Assembly (NCBI GenBank): GCA_022750335.1 | Contig: JAKIVX010000003.1 | Span: 18,840 to 82,839, forward strand | Reading direction: 5' to 3' | From: Thermoplasmata archaeon | GTDB taxonomy: Archaea > Thermoplasmatota > Thermoplasmata > Lutacidiplasmatales > UBA184 | DNA: 64,000 nt | Shown: piece after piece, positions 18,922 through 27,796 of the stretch | Layout: each line of letters starts with the position of its first letter | Numbering within the stretch: position 1 is the first letter of the stretch | Translations under genes and position numbers: made by a program | Notes under the pieces: model-generated | What the model was told of the DNA's origin: nothing | Seen by the model: the letters and a program-made list of their open reading frames with translations, nothing else | Database searches by the model: none

Positions 18922-19575
18922 ATGCATTCCAAGGGGTTCCGGGGGACCGAATCGGGCCCTGGAACTGCGGCGACTGCGGGGTCTTCGGCCGGCACGTGGG
19001 GCACGGCGTGGGCCGGGCTCGAGCAGGAGATCCGGAGTTGTACCAAGTGCCCGCTCCACGCCACTCGGATGAATGCGGTGATCTATCGCGGGAGTCGGGC
19101 CCCGCGCGTCGTGTTCGTCGGAGAAGCACCGGGAGCGACGGAGGACCGCCTCGGCGTTCCTTTCGTGGGCCGATCCGGGCAGCGCCTCGATGCCGCCCTC
19201 GCGGAGGCGGAGATCCCACCGGACGATGTCGGAATCCTCAATGTGATCAAGTGCCGGCCTCCGAGCAACGTCTTTGACCGGACGGCGGCGGCCACGTGCC
19301 GACCGTATCTCGACCGTCAGCTCGCCCTGCTCGACCCTCCGGTCCTGGTCTCGTTGGGAGCCCACGCGCTCCGACTCCTCGACCCGGAAGCGCCCCGGGT
19401 GCTCCTCGCGGCCGGCCACCCCCGCACTTCGGGCGAGCGGGTCCTGTTCCCGCTGATCCACCCCGCCGCCGCGCTGCGTTCCCGCGCCCTCACCGCTCGC
19501 TGGCGAACGGACTTCTCGGCGCTTGGCCGTTGGCTCGCGCCCGCCGGGAGCGCCCCGGCGCGGGAACCGATTTAA
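18922..19575 (+). CDS. udg: Uracil-DNA glycosylase, family 4
   Basis: 'CTKCPLHATRMNAVIYRGSRAPRVVFVGEAPGATEDRLGVPFVGRSGQRLD' (family-4 Fe-S Cys and GEAPG motifs). ATG 18922 preferred over the track's GTG 18907 because of TATA spacing. Either start is possible. Confidence 0.85.
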   Translation: MHSKGFRGTESGPGTAATAGSSAGTWGTAWAGLEQEIRSCTKCPLHATRMNAVIYRGSRAPRVVFVGEAPGATEDRLGVPFVGRSGQRLDAALAEAEIPPDDVGILNVIKCRPPSNVFDRTAAATCRPYLDRQLALLDPPVLVSLGAHALRLLDPEAPRVLLAAGHPRTSGERVLFPLIHPAAALRSRALTARWRTDFSALGRWLAPAGSAPAREPI

Positions 19576-19576
19576 T
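19570..19576 (+). promoter_or_regulatory. Putative TATA box for polB (leaderless spacing)
   Basis: 'cgATTTAATcc' overlapping the udg stop. Centre is 25 nt upstream of the polB ATG at 19598. Confidence 0.55.
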
Positions 19577-19597
19577 CCATCCCCGGGTCTGTCGGAC

Positions 19598-22057
19598 ATG
19601 CGGACCGTCGAGCTGTTCCTCCTCGATGGTTCCTACCAGAGCGTCGACGACGGGGTCGTCGTGGAACTGTTCGGTCGCACCCGCGAAGGGCAGCCGATGG
19701 TCGCCCGCTACTACGGCTTCCGGCCGTATTTCCTCCTCACCGAGCCCACGGACGAGACCCGAATCCGGCTGAAGGCTGACCCCGAGATCCTCGACCTCAG
19801 TGACACGTCGGTCTGGCTGGGCGGAAAGGAGCGCACCGCGGTCAAGGTCACACTCCACCGGCCCTTCCTCGTTCCGACGTACCGTGATCAGTATCGAAAA
19901 TCGGGAGAGGAGGGCAGCGTCCTTTCTTGCGACATTCCGTTCATCCACCGCTTCCTGTACGACAAACATCTCGGCCTCACCATCGCCTTCGAGGCCGAGG
20001 AAGAGACGGACGCAGTGCGCGCGCACTACACCGTACCGGACGTGGTGCGGATCGTGCACGACGGGGAGCGGGACGTTCGACCGGCTCCCGCCTTCCGCCC
20101 CGACCTGCGGGTGCTGTCGTTCGACATCGAGAATGCGATCCGGGAACGGACGATCTTCACCATCTGCGGGGTCTCGGAGGGCGGCGGTCGGGCGCGGACG
20201 ACGTTCCGGATCTGGAACGAGAACGAACGTCGGATACTCGAGGAATTTTGCCGCATCATCGCAGAGGACGACCCGGACGTGATCACGGGGTACAACATCG
20301 GCGGCTACGATTTTCCGCTCCTGGTCGAACGTGCCCAGGCCACTCGCATGGGCCCGCTAGTGCTGGGGCGGGACCGGACCGCTCCCGACGAGTTCGGGAC
20401 GCGATTGTGGAAGGTCCACGGCCGGGTCGTCGCCGATGCCTGGTGGTCGGCGCGGCGGGAACTTCACCCGAAGCAGGAGACGCTCCAGTACGTCGCGCGG
20501 ACGCTCCTCAACGACTCGAAGCTCGACGTCGACCGACGCAACATCTCCGCCGAGTGGCTGAAGGACCCCGAACGCGTACGAGAGTACTGCGAGCACGACG
20601 CGGATCTCGCCTTGCGGATCATCCAGAAGATACGTACTCTCGAAAAAGCGGCCGACCTCGCGACAATCGCGCACCTGCCGCTGGAGGAAGGGCTCAACGG
20701 CCGAACCTCCCTCTTCATCGATTCCTTGCTGATCCCCCGGGCGGATGCCGAGAAGGTCGGCGTTCCCACGAACCACTATGCGGGCCGCGACAACCCGATC
20801 GAGGGCGGGTACGTCCACGCGATCCGTCCGGGGATCTACCGATGGGTGGTCGTGCTCGACTTCAAATCGATGTACCCGTCCATCATCATCGACCGGAACC
20901 TCTGCTTCACGACCCTCTCACCGGACGGGACGATCGTCGCGCCCTCGGGGGCGAAATTCCTCGCGCCCGAGGTGCGTCGGGGCCTCATCCCCCAGATCCT
21001 GACGGACCTGCTCGCGGACCGCGACCGCTTCCGAAAGGCCGGCCGGGCGGCCACGGAACCGGACCTGGTGACGTACTACGACGGTCTCCAGAACGCGGTC
21101 AAGATCCTGATGAACTCGTTCTACGGAGTCCTCGCCTCCAGCTTCTACCGGTTCACGAACAAGGACATCGGGGCCTCCATCACGGCCTTCGCTCGAGAAG
21201 CGATCACGTCGATCATCCACGACCTCGAGGCCGACGGCGACGAGGTGGTGTACTCGGACACCGACAGCGTCTTCGTGCGCTCGCCGATCGCGACGCTCGA
21301 AGGCGCGCGAGAGTTCGGCGAATCGATTGCCCGGCGGTTCACCCACGAAGGGGTGACGTTCGAATTCCAGTCGGTCTACGAATCGTTCTTTTCCCACGGG
21401 GCGAAGAAACGGTACGTCGGTCGTACCGCCTGGCCGAAGGAGGAACTGATCGTCCGGGGGTATGAAACGCGACGGACCGACGCGTTCGACTACCAGTCCC
21501 AGTCGCTCATGGAGGTGTTCGAGCTCGTCCTGAGCGGGGACACCGACGGGGCGATCCGACGGTCGCGGGAACTCGTCCAGGCGGTGCGCGAACGCCGCGT
21601 GCCGCCGGAACGGCTCGTCATCGCCCGCTCCGTCCGGGCCGAGGCGGAGTACAACGAGTCGACCCGCGACTCGCTTCCGTTCTTGCGCGTGTTCCGGAAG
21701 TTGCGCGAGGAGGGTTACGACGTGATCCCGGGGATGAAGGTCGCCTGGGTCGTCACCGATTCCCGCAAGAGCCCCCAAGAGATCGAGCCGTGGGTCGAGG
21801 GCCGGTCGTTCACCGCCGAGCCGGATTGGGAGTACTACGCCGACCGGGTCGCCCAGACGCTCGCGCGCGTGACGGAGGTCTTCGACTGGGACGCGGCCTC
21901 GCTCCTCCGCGGCAGCCATCAGCAGCGCCTCGGCGGGAGCGCGACCGAGCCGAACGCCCCGCGCGGGCCTGCAGCGGCGATGGACACCCCGCTCGCCGAC
22001 CTCGCGACCCCGGCCCGACGGCGGACGACAAAGAAGAGTCTCGCCGATTTCGAATAG
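19598..22057 (+). CDS. polB: Family B DNA polymerase
   Basis: Exo motif 'LSFDIEN', 'YNIGGYDFP', pol motifs 'SMYPSII', 'KILMNSFYG', 'YSDTDSVFV'. Start trimmed to ATG 19598 (MRTVELFLLDGSY). 819 aa, no intein-sized insertion seen. Confidence 0.95.
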   Translation: MRTVELFLLDGSYQSVDDGVVVELFGRTREGQPMVARYYGFRPYFLLTEPTDETRIRLKADPEILDLSDTSVWLGGKERTAVKVTLHRPFLVPTYRDQYRKSGEEGSVLSCDIPFIHRFLYDKHLGLTIAFEAEEETDAVRAHYTVPDVVRIVHDGERDVRPAPAFRPDLRVLSFDIENAIRERTIFTICGVSEGGGRARTTFRIWNENERRILEEFCRIIAEDDPDVITGYNIGGYDFPLLVERAQATRMGPLVLGRDRTAPDEFGTRLWKVHGRVVADAWWSARRELHPKQETLQYVARTLLNDSKLDVDRRNISAEWLKDPERVREYCEHDADLALRIIQKIRTLEKAADLATIAHLPLEEGLNGRTSLFIDSLLIPRADAEKVGVPTNHYAGRDNPIEGGYVHAIRPGIYRWVVVLDFKSMYPSIIIDRNLCFTTLSPDGTIVAPSGAKFLAPEVRRGLIPQILTDLLADRDRFRKAGRAATEPDLVTYYDGLQNAVKILMNSFYGVLASSFYRFTNKDIGASITAFAREAITSIIHDLEADGDEVVYSDTDSVFVRSPIATLEGAREFGESIARRFTHEGVTFEFQSVYESFFSHGAKKRYVGRTAWPKEELIVRGYETRRTDAFDYQSQSLMEVFELVLSGDTDGAIRRSRELVQAVRERRVPPERLVIARSVRAEAEYNESTRDSLPFLRVFRKLREEGYDVIPGMKVAWVVTDSRKSPQEIEPWVEGRSFTAEPDWEYYADRVAQTLARVTEVFDWDAASLLRGSHQQRLGGSATEPNAPRGPAAAMDTPLADLATPARRRTTKKSLADFE

Positions 22058-22069
22058 GTCGATCCGGTC

Positions 22070-23026
22070 TCAGTTCGTCGAGGCCGGACGGGGAGGGGCC
22101 TCGACGCCGGCTTCGCCCCGGAGGGTGAGCACGGCCCCGCCGATCGCGATCGGTACGCCGAGGGCCGCCACGAGCGGTAGTCCGAGATGGAGCACGGTCG
22201 CGCTCAGCAGCAGCGTGAAGACGGGGATCCCGGTCATGAGCATCGGCGGGATCACCATCCCCACATCCTGGATCGCGCGGAAGTAGAGGAGCGGCGCGAG
22301 GGCGAAGCTGGTCACGCCCACGACGGCGAGGAGGGCGAGGGAAACGGGGGGGATCGTCGCGAGGCCGACGACCCCGCCGGGAAGGAGGAGCGAGAGCGGA
22401 ATCCCGACCACTCCGGCCGCCAACATCGATTGGCTGACCACCGCGAGCGGAGGGGTGCGCTCATTCTCCTTGGCACAGAGCAGAAAGTAGACCGCGACGG
22501 TGATCGGGATCGCGGGGACGACCAGCCAACCGGCCCCGACCACCGCGCTGAGAGTGTGCCCGCCCGCGATAGTGAGACCCCCTCCGAGGAGCGAGAGCAC
22601 GAGCCCCGTCCGGAAGGTCCACGTCCCGAGATGACCGCGGTGGTGGGCCCACACGAAGGCGACGAGGACCGGTGTAAGCACCACATCGCCGATGAGGGAG
22701 AGGAGGGAGGCATCGACCGGCCCGATGAGGTACGTCGCGGCGAGGACCGAGAGTTGCATGCCGACGAGGAATCCCACGCGCACCCAGGCCCCTGGGGTCA
22801 GCCAGAGGTGGGCCCAGGCTCCGCCCTGTCCTTGGCGGATCGCATACGCCGAGTACAACGCTCCCCCCAGCAGGAAGGGATAGACGATAGTGGCCGATGG
22901 GGTCGCGTGGTGCTGTACTGCGAGGACGAACGGATAGTACGTCGCCCACAGAAAGGCCGCCAGTAGCGTGAACGCGGTCGCGCGGTTCCGCACGCCGGAG
23001 TCGGAGGACACGTCGACCGATTGCAT
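22070..23026 (-). CDS. EamA/DMT-family transporter
   Basis: 318 aa with about ten hydrophobic helices arranged as two similar halves. No soluble domain. Confidence 0.75.
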   Translation of the reverse strand: MQSVDVSSDSGVRNRATAFTLLAAFLWATYYPFVLAVQHHATPSATIVYPFLLGGALYSAYAIRQGQGGAWAHLWLTPGAWVRVGFLVGMQLSVLAATYLIGPVDASLLSLIGDVVLTPVLVAFVWAHHRGHLGTWTFRTGLVLSLLGGGLTIAGGHTLSAVVGAGWLVVPAIPITVAVYFLLCAKENERTPPLAVVSQSMLAAGVVGIPLSLLLPGGVVGLATIPPVSLALLAVVGVTSFALAPLLYFRAIQDVGMVIPPMLMTGIPVFTLLLSATVLHLGLPLVAALGVPIAIGGAVLTLRGEAGVEAPPRPASTN

Positions 23027-23071
23027 CGGCGGGATTATCGTTTGGGGCGGATGGATTCCGCGAGGACAGGC

Positions 23072-24082
23072 CTAGGAGTAGCCGGCGTAGCGGAGACCGA
23101 ATTTCGGAACCTCCACCCCGGCGCCGCGCTCCACACGCCCGATCAATCGGGCGTCGCGCACGCCGCCTCGCTCGAGGCGGCGTTCGACCTGGGTGCGTCG
23201 ATCGGCGCGCACCACGATGGCGAAGCCGAGACCCATGTTGAAGGTCTGGAACATCTCCTCCTCGGATACCGGACCGAGCTCCTGGAGCCAACGGAACACG
23301 CCCGGGACGGGGGGCCATCGGTCGAGCACGAACGAGACATCCGGACGGAGTCGCACGAGGTTGCGCACGCCGCCTCCGGAAAGGTGGGCGAGTCCCCGGA
23401 CCCCCGGATCGTCCGCGACGGCGTCGGCCGCGCGCGAGTAGATCCGCGTCGGAGCGAGCAATTCGCGGCCGACCGGGACCCGACCCCCGGGTCGGGCCGC
23501 CGACAGGTCGACCTGGCCCGACCGGAGCAGTCGTCGGATGAGCGTAAACCCGTTCGCGTGCGGTCCGCTCGAAGGAATCCCGAGGATCTGATCGCCCGGA
23601 CGTATCCCCGCTCCGCTCACGGGCTTCCGCCCTCCGGGAAAGAACCCGAGCGCCGTCGCACCGAGGTCGATCCCACGGACCATGTCGGGAACCACCGCGG
23701 TCTCCCCGCCGAGCAGCGCGCACTCCGCCGCACGCAGCCCGCGGCCGAGACCACGTCCGATCGCGCGGAAGACCTCCGGTCGAGGACGGTCGCACAGGAT
23801 CGTATCCACCAGCGCGGCCGGTCGCGCCCCCACCGCGGCCAAGTCGTTGACATTCACGCCCACGATGTCCTCACCGACCTCTTCCCACCGGCCGAGCTGC
23901 TCGGCCAGCAGGACCTTCGTCCCGACGGTGTCGGTGGTGAGGGCGAGGGTCTCGCGCCCGATGCGGACGAGACCGGCAAAGTGGCCGGGCAGGTCGACCG
24001 GACGACCGTGCGTCGTCGGCGGTCGATACCGGGCACCGCGGAGGAGCTCGGCGAGGGCGACGGCGACGGACGAGCGGTCCAC
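23072..24082 (-). CDS. purM: Phosphoribosylformylglycinamidine cyclo-ligase (AIR synthase)
   Basis: 'LALTTDTVGTKVLLAEQLGRWEEVGEDIVGVNVNDLAAVGARP'. 336 aa from the first usable in-frame start (GTG, top coordinate 24082). Conserved N-terminal residues continue upstream without a start codon (see findings). Confidence 0.85.
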   Translation of the reverse strand: MDRSSVAVALAELLRGARYRPPTTHGRPVDLPGHFAGLVRIGRETLALTTDTVGTKVLLAEQLGRWEEVGEDIVGVNVNDLAAVGARPAALVDTILCDRPRPEVFRAIGRGLGRGLRAAECALLGGETAVVPDMVRGIDLGATALGFFPGGRKPVSGAGIRPGDQILGIPSSGPHANGFTLIRRLLRSGQVDLSAARPGGRVPVGRELLAPTRIYSRAADAVADDPGVRGLAHLSGGGVRNLVRLRPDVSFVLDRWPPVPGVFRWLQELGPVSEEEMFQTFNMGLGFAIVVRADRRTQVERRLERGGVRDARLIGRVERGAGVEVPKFGLRYAGYS

Positions 24083-24217
24083 CCCGCTTCGGGCGTAGGT
24101 CCATGCTGGGCGACGCGCCGTACGAGGGCCTCCGACCGCCGGGAGGGACGTGGGCAGAAATACCCTCCTCCCGGCTGGGGCGCGACCTCTAAAGGGCCGG
24201 ACCCCTCGGAGGGGAGG

Positions 24218-25561
24218 ATGGCACCCTCCGTACGCCGGGGCCGGTCGGGGAATCGGGCCCCCGCCGACGAAGCGGCGGCCTGGATCCTGGCCGGACGGGC
24301 GTTCGTACGGGACCGGCTCCAACCGGTCGAGATCGCGATCTCGGAGGACGGACGAATCCTCGCGATCGGGAAAGTACTCTCGGGCGCACCCCGTCACGAC
24401 GTTGGAGAGGGAGTGATCCTTCCCTCCGCGACCGACCTGCACGTGCACTTCCGAGAACCCGGAGGGCCCGCGGATGTGGAAACGATCGCGACGGGGACCG
24501 TCCAGGCGGCCCTCGGAGGGGTCGCGCTCGTCGGAGAGATGCCGAACACCGACCCCCCCGTGGCGGACGTTGATGCACTCGCGGAGAAGGAAGCCCGGGT
24601 GCGGACCCGGGCTGCGGTCGACGTGCTCCTGTACGCCGCGCCGTCGGACCCCCGTGCGCTGGGGAGGCTGGCCGTTCGTGCCGGGGCGTTCAAACTGTAC
24701 CTCAGTCCGACGACCGGCATCGCCACCCCGCCCGACCCGGCCCAACTCGGGCCGCTCCTCGTTCGTCTCGCTTCTCTCGGTCTCCCAGTGGCCGTGCACG
24801 CGGAGGATCCGACCCGCTTCGCGCGGGATTCCGACCCGAAGGATCCCACCGATTGGAACCGGGCCCGCCCCCCCTCGTCCGAGCGGGCCGCGGTCGAGCG
24901 GTTGCTCGAACTAGCCCCTCCCGCTCTCCGCCTCCATATCGCCCACGTGACCGAGGTGGCGTCGGTCGTACGCCTCCGCGAAGCGGGGGTCTCGTTCGAG
25001 GCGACGCCCCAGCACCTCCTCCTTTCCCAACGCTCGGGTACGAGCCCTCGCACCAAGGTCAACCCACCGCTCCGGAGCGAAGCCGACCGGCGAGCCCTCT
25101 GGGAGAGCTTCGTCCGCGGGGAGGTCCCCTGTCTTGCGAGCGACCACGCGCCTCACTCCACGACCTCGAAGGACCGGCCGTTCCCGCTCGCCCCGAGCGG
25201 GATGCCGGGAACCGAGACGATGTTACCGCTCTTCCTCGCCCGGGTTCGAACGGGGGAGCTCGAGCTCCCCCGACTGGTGGCCGCGGCCTGCGACCGGCCG
25301 GCCCGATGGTTCGGCCAACCCCACGGGCGCATCGCGGTCGGTCATCGGGCGCATCTTCTCGTGGTGGATTTCCGGGTCCGCACCCGGCTCGGGGCCCGCC
25401 GCTTGCACGCCCCGTGCGGGTGGACAGCTTTCGAGGGATCGGAGGCGATCTTCCCCCGGGAGCACTACTTCCACGGAGAGAGGATCGTGTCGGACGGGGA
25501 GTTCGTGGGACGCTCGAACGGCACCGTGGTCCGACCCGAATTCGCCCCGCAGCCACGTTGA
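24218..25561 (+). CDS. pyrC: Dihydroorotase (cyclic amidohydrolase)
   Basis: 'SATDLHVHFREPG', 'VAVHAED', 'HIAHVT', 'ASDHAPH' metal-ligand motifs. Only the part of the 846-aa track ORF downstream of ATG 24218 is used; the rest is antisense to purM. Confidence 0.85.
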   Translation: MAPSVRRGRSGNRAPADEAAAWILAGRAFVRDRLQPVEIAISEDGRILAIGKVLSGAPRHDVGEGVILPSATDLHVHFREPGGPADVETIATGTVQAALGGVALVGEMPNTDPPVADVDALAEKEARVRTRAAVDVLLYAAPSDPRALGRLAVRAGAFKLYLSPTTGIATPPDPAQLGPLLVRLASLGLPVAVHAEDPTRFARDSDPKDPTDWNRARPPSSERAAVERLLELAPPALRLHIAHVTEVASVVRLREAGVSFEATPQHLLLSQRSGTSPRTKVNPPLRSEADRRALWESFVRGEVPCLASDHAPHSTTSKDRPFPLAPSGMPGTETMLPLFLARVRTGELELPRLVAAACDRPARWFGQPHGRIAVGHRAHLLVVDFRVRTRLGARRLHAPCGWTAFEGSEAIFPREHYFHGERIVSDGEFVGRSNGTVVRPEFAPQPR

Positions 25562-25583
25562 GAGGTGCGGGACAGGGCAGGCC

Positions 25584-26279
25584 CTACGGCGGGGAGTCGC
25601 CGGGGCCGCGCGAGGTCGTGGGCTCCGATGGGCTCGAGACCCCCGAGGCGGTCGCTTCGGCGGTGCGGCGGGCCTGCAGATAGAGGAGCCCGAGATAGAT
25701 CGCCCCGGCGATGATCACCCCGTACATGATCCAGTCAAGCGGCGCGAAGTATCGCTCGACCACCCTCCAGTGCGACCCGAGAACGATCCCGGCGTAGAGC
25801 AGGGTGAGCGTGAACGGCACGCTCCCGAGCAGAGTGTAGCCGCCGAACCGGGCCGGGGGCATCCGCGCGGTCCCCGCGGGATAACTGATGTACGCCCGGA
25901 TCACCGGTACGCATCGGGCGAGCGCCACCGTCGCCTCCCCGTGCCGGGAAAACCAGCGGTCCATCCGGTCCAGGTGGCGTTGTTGGAGTCGGACCGGACC
26001 GAGGTGGATCCGGGTCACCCAGTGCCGCCCCCAGCGACCGACCGCGTAGGCGATGAACGACCCGGTCAGGGCCCCGGCGAGGGCGACCAGCAGCGTCGGA
26101 AGGAACAGGAAGGTGCCGGTGGCGATCAGGAACCCGGCAAACGGGAGGATGACCTCGCTCGGGAGCGGCGGGATACCAAAGCTCTCGACGGTCATCAGCA
26201 GGAACAGCCCAGTCAGGCCGACCGTCGTCAGAACCGTGATGACGAGACCCACCAGGGTCCCGACGAGCGAAAAGGTCAC
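25584..26279 (-). CDS. DedA-family membrane protein
   Basis: 'ESFGIPPLPSEVILPFAGFLIATG' DedA signature. Multi-TM, 231 aa. Confidence 0.8.
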   Translation of the reverse strand: MTFSLVGTLVGLVITVLTTVGLTGLFLLMTVESFGIPPLPSEVILPFAGFLIATGTFLFLPTLLVALAGALTGSFIAYAVGRWGRHWVTRIHLGPVRLQQRHLDRMDRWFSRHGEATVALARCVPVIRAYISYPAGTARMPPARFGGYTLLGSVPFTLTLLYAGIVLGSHWRVVERYFAPLDWIMYGVIIAGAIYLGLLYLQARRTAEATASGVSSPSEPTTSRGPGDSPP

Positions 26280-26294
26280 GCGCGCGGGCTCCCG

Positions 26295-26570
26295 TCAGGT
26301 GCCCGGGGTCGCTGCCTCGGGAACCACCGGATCGTAACGGAGGCGGAACGGGACCGGGAGCCGGGAGTTGGTTTGGGCCGGAATGCCCTCAAACTCGAGC
26401 GGCGTGGAGCAGCCACCGCACGCCACCGCCGGCCGCAGGCGCCCCAACGTGATCGAGAGCGCGATCCCGACCTCGATCTGGGTGGGCTTTGAAGGGGCTC
26501 CTTCGACAGCGACGCGCAGTTCCGCCAGGAGCCGCTCATCGTCCCGAGAGAGGGCGGGTTCGGACGTCAT
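26295..26570 (-). CDS. Hypothetical small protein
   Basis: 91-aa ORF with protein-like composition (MTSEPALSRDDERLLAELRVAVEG...ACGGCSTPLEFEG). No family recognised. A competing overlapping ORF in another frame looks like low-complexity R/S/P sequence. Confidence 0.4.
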   Translation of the reverse strand: MTSEPALSRDDERLLAELRVAVEGAPSKPTQIEVGIALSITLGRLRPAVACGGCSTPLEFEGIPAQTNSRLPVPFRLRYDPVVPEAATPGT

Positions 26571-26624
26571 CCATCCGAAAAGCGCTTCAGGGACTCTTAA
26601 GCCCAGCCGGGCGAGAAGTAACGC

Positions 26625-27212
26625 CTAGCGGGTGGTATCTTCGGCCGCTTCCGAGGCCGCCGAGCCACCAGACCCGGGCTTGGGGGCCTTCTTCAGTATT
26701 TCACCGCTGATCTTGTCGAGTTCCGCCATGAGGGAGTCGATGTCCGGCTCCTGCGCGGCGGCCCCTGCCACGGCGGCGCCACCGGCGACCGCTGGGGGGG
26801 TCGCGCCGACGTCATCGGGCGTCTCCACGTAGTTGGCCACGGGGGCGGCCACACCGCCGGCTACGGCCCCGGCGACGAAGGGGGCGGCGGAGGGGGGTGA
26901 CGGGGGCGCTGGCCCACTGCCCGAGGCTCCCGAGGGAGGCTCCCCGTCTTCGGCCGGCGGCGAGGTCGGCGGCCGGCGCCGGAACAAGAGAACACCGAGG
27001 ATTGAGGCTAGGATCACGACGACCAGGACGACTCCGACGATCCACCAGGGGAACGGGGTGGAGGAGCCGGCCGGGCACGCGCCGTATTGGCAATTGGACT
27101 GGGCCGCTACGGCTCCAATGGTAGGAGCCAATCCGGCGGCGACGACCGTGCCGAGCATTCCTGCGCCCAAAGCGATGGGCACGAGGCGCCGGCCCCACTG
27201 AGTCTGTACCAT
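26625..27212 (-). CDS. Hypothetical membrane-anchored Pro/Ala-rich protein
   Basis: N-terminal signal-like helix, short Cys-containing segment (CQYGAC), a TM helix (WWIVGVVLVVVILASILGVLLF) and a low-complexity P/A/G tail. Confidence 0.55.
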   Translation of the reverse strand: MVQTQWGRRLVPIALGAGMLGTVVAAGLAPTIGAVAAQSNCQYGACPAGSSTPFPWWIVGVVLVVVILASILGVLLFRRRPPTSPPAEDGEPPSGASGSGPAPPSPPSAAPFVAGAVAGGVAAPVANYVETPDDVGATPPAVAGGAAVAGAAAQEPDIDSLMAELDKISGEILKKAPKPGSGGSAASEAAEDTTR

Positions 27213-27355
27213 TCTAAAGTGCCTGCGGACGGAGCTACGATGTCAACCGCCCTATGTAAACCTGCGCAGGCGAGGGCTTGCCCCATCCAATCGCCCCTCC
27301 CGCCATCGGGAACCCGACCCAGTTGTTTTGAGGCTACGAATCGGTTGCGCGAGCG

Positions 27356-27796
27356 ATGGCGGTCCCCTACCTGGGGGTGTTTGGCGTCCTCCTCGTGGGG
27401 TACATGGCCTACTCCTTCTGGGAGCGGATCGACCCGAGATACCCGATCGCGGCCGGCCTCCTCCTCCTGGTCGCGACCGCCGTGACGGAGGAGTTGGGCG
27501 CCTCCGCCTCCGCCGACGTCCTCGCGGAATACGTCTTCCTCCTCTTGGGAGCGGGTGTGGTCCTCCTGCTCCTCGAACAGCTCCGGGGCCGGCGAAATCG
27601 GCCCGCGACCCCGCTACCTCAGGGGTCCGCGCACCCGGAAGAGCACTCGACCGACCCGTCGCAACAGCGGGATCTCCCTACCCAGGAGCCGCTCGATCAC
27701 CTCGAGCAGCAACCGGTCGCCCTGGTCGACGCTCCGGGTGGCCATGACGACCAGAAGGAACAGGCCGGCGACGGCCAAAGCGAGGATCGGCAATAG
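27356..27796 (+). CDS. Hypothetical small membrane protein
   Basis: About three hydrophobic helices in the first 90 aa. The acidic tail overlaps the convergent flippase gene by 183 nt, so the true 3' extent is uncertain. Confidence 0.4.
   Translation: MAVPYLGVFGVLLVGYMAYSFWERIDPRYPIAAGLLLLVATAVTEELGASASADVLAEYVFLLLGAGVVLLLLEQLRGRRNRPATPLPQGSAHPEEHSTDPSQQRDLPTQEPLDHLEQQPVALVDAPGGHDDQKEQAGDGQSEDRQ

Noticed and set aside
19598-22057. Checked polB for inteins or a split
   Set aside because: At 819 aa the exo and pol motifs are contiguous with normal spacing. No intein-sized insertion or Cys/Ser-His-Asn splice junctions were seen.
23021-24217. N-terminal 399 codons of the 846-aa plus-strand ORF
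   Set aside because: Antisense to purM. Only the part from ATG 24218 has dihydroorotase motifs.
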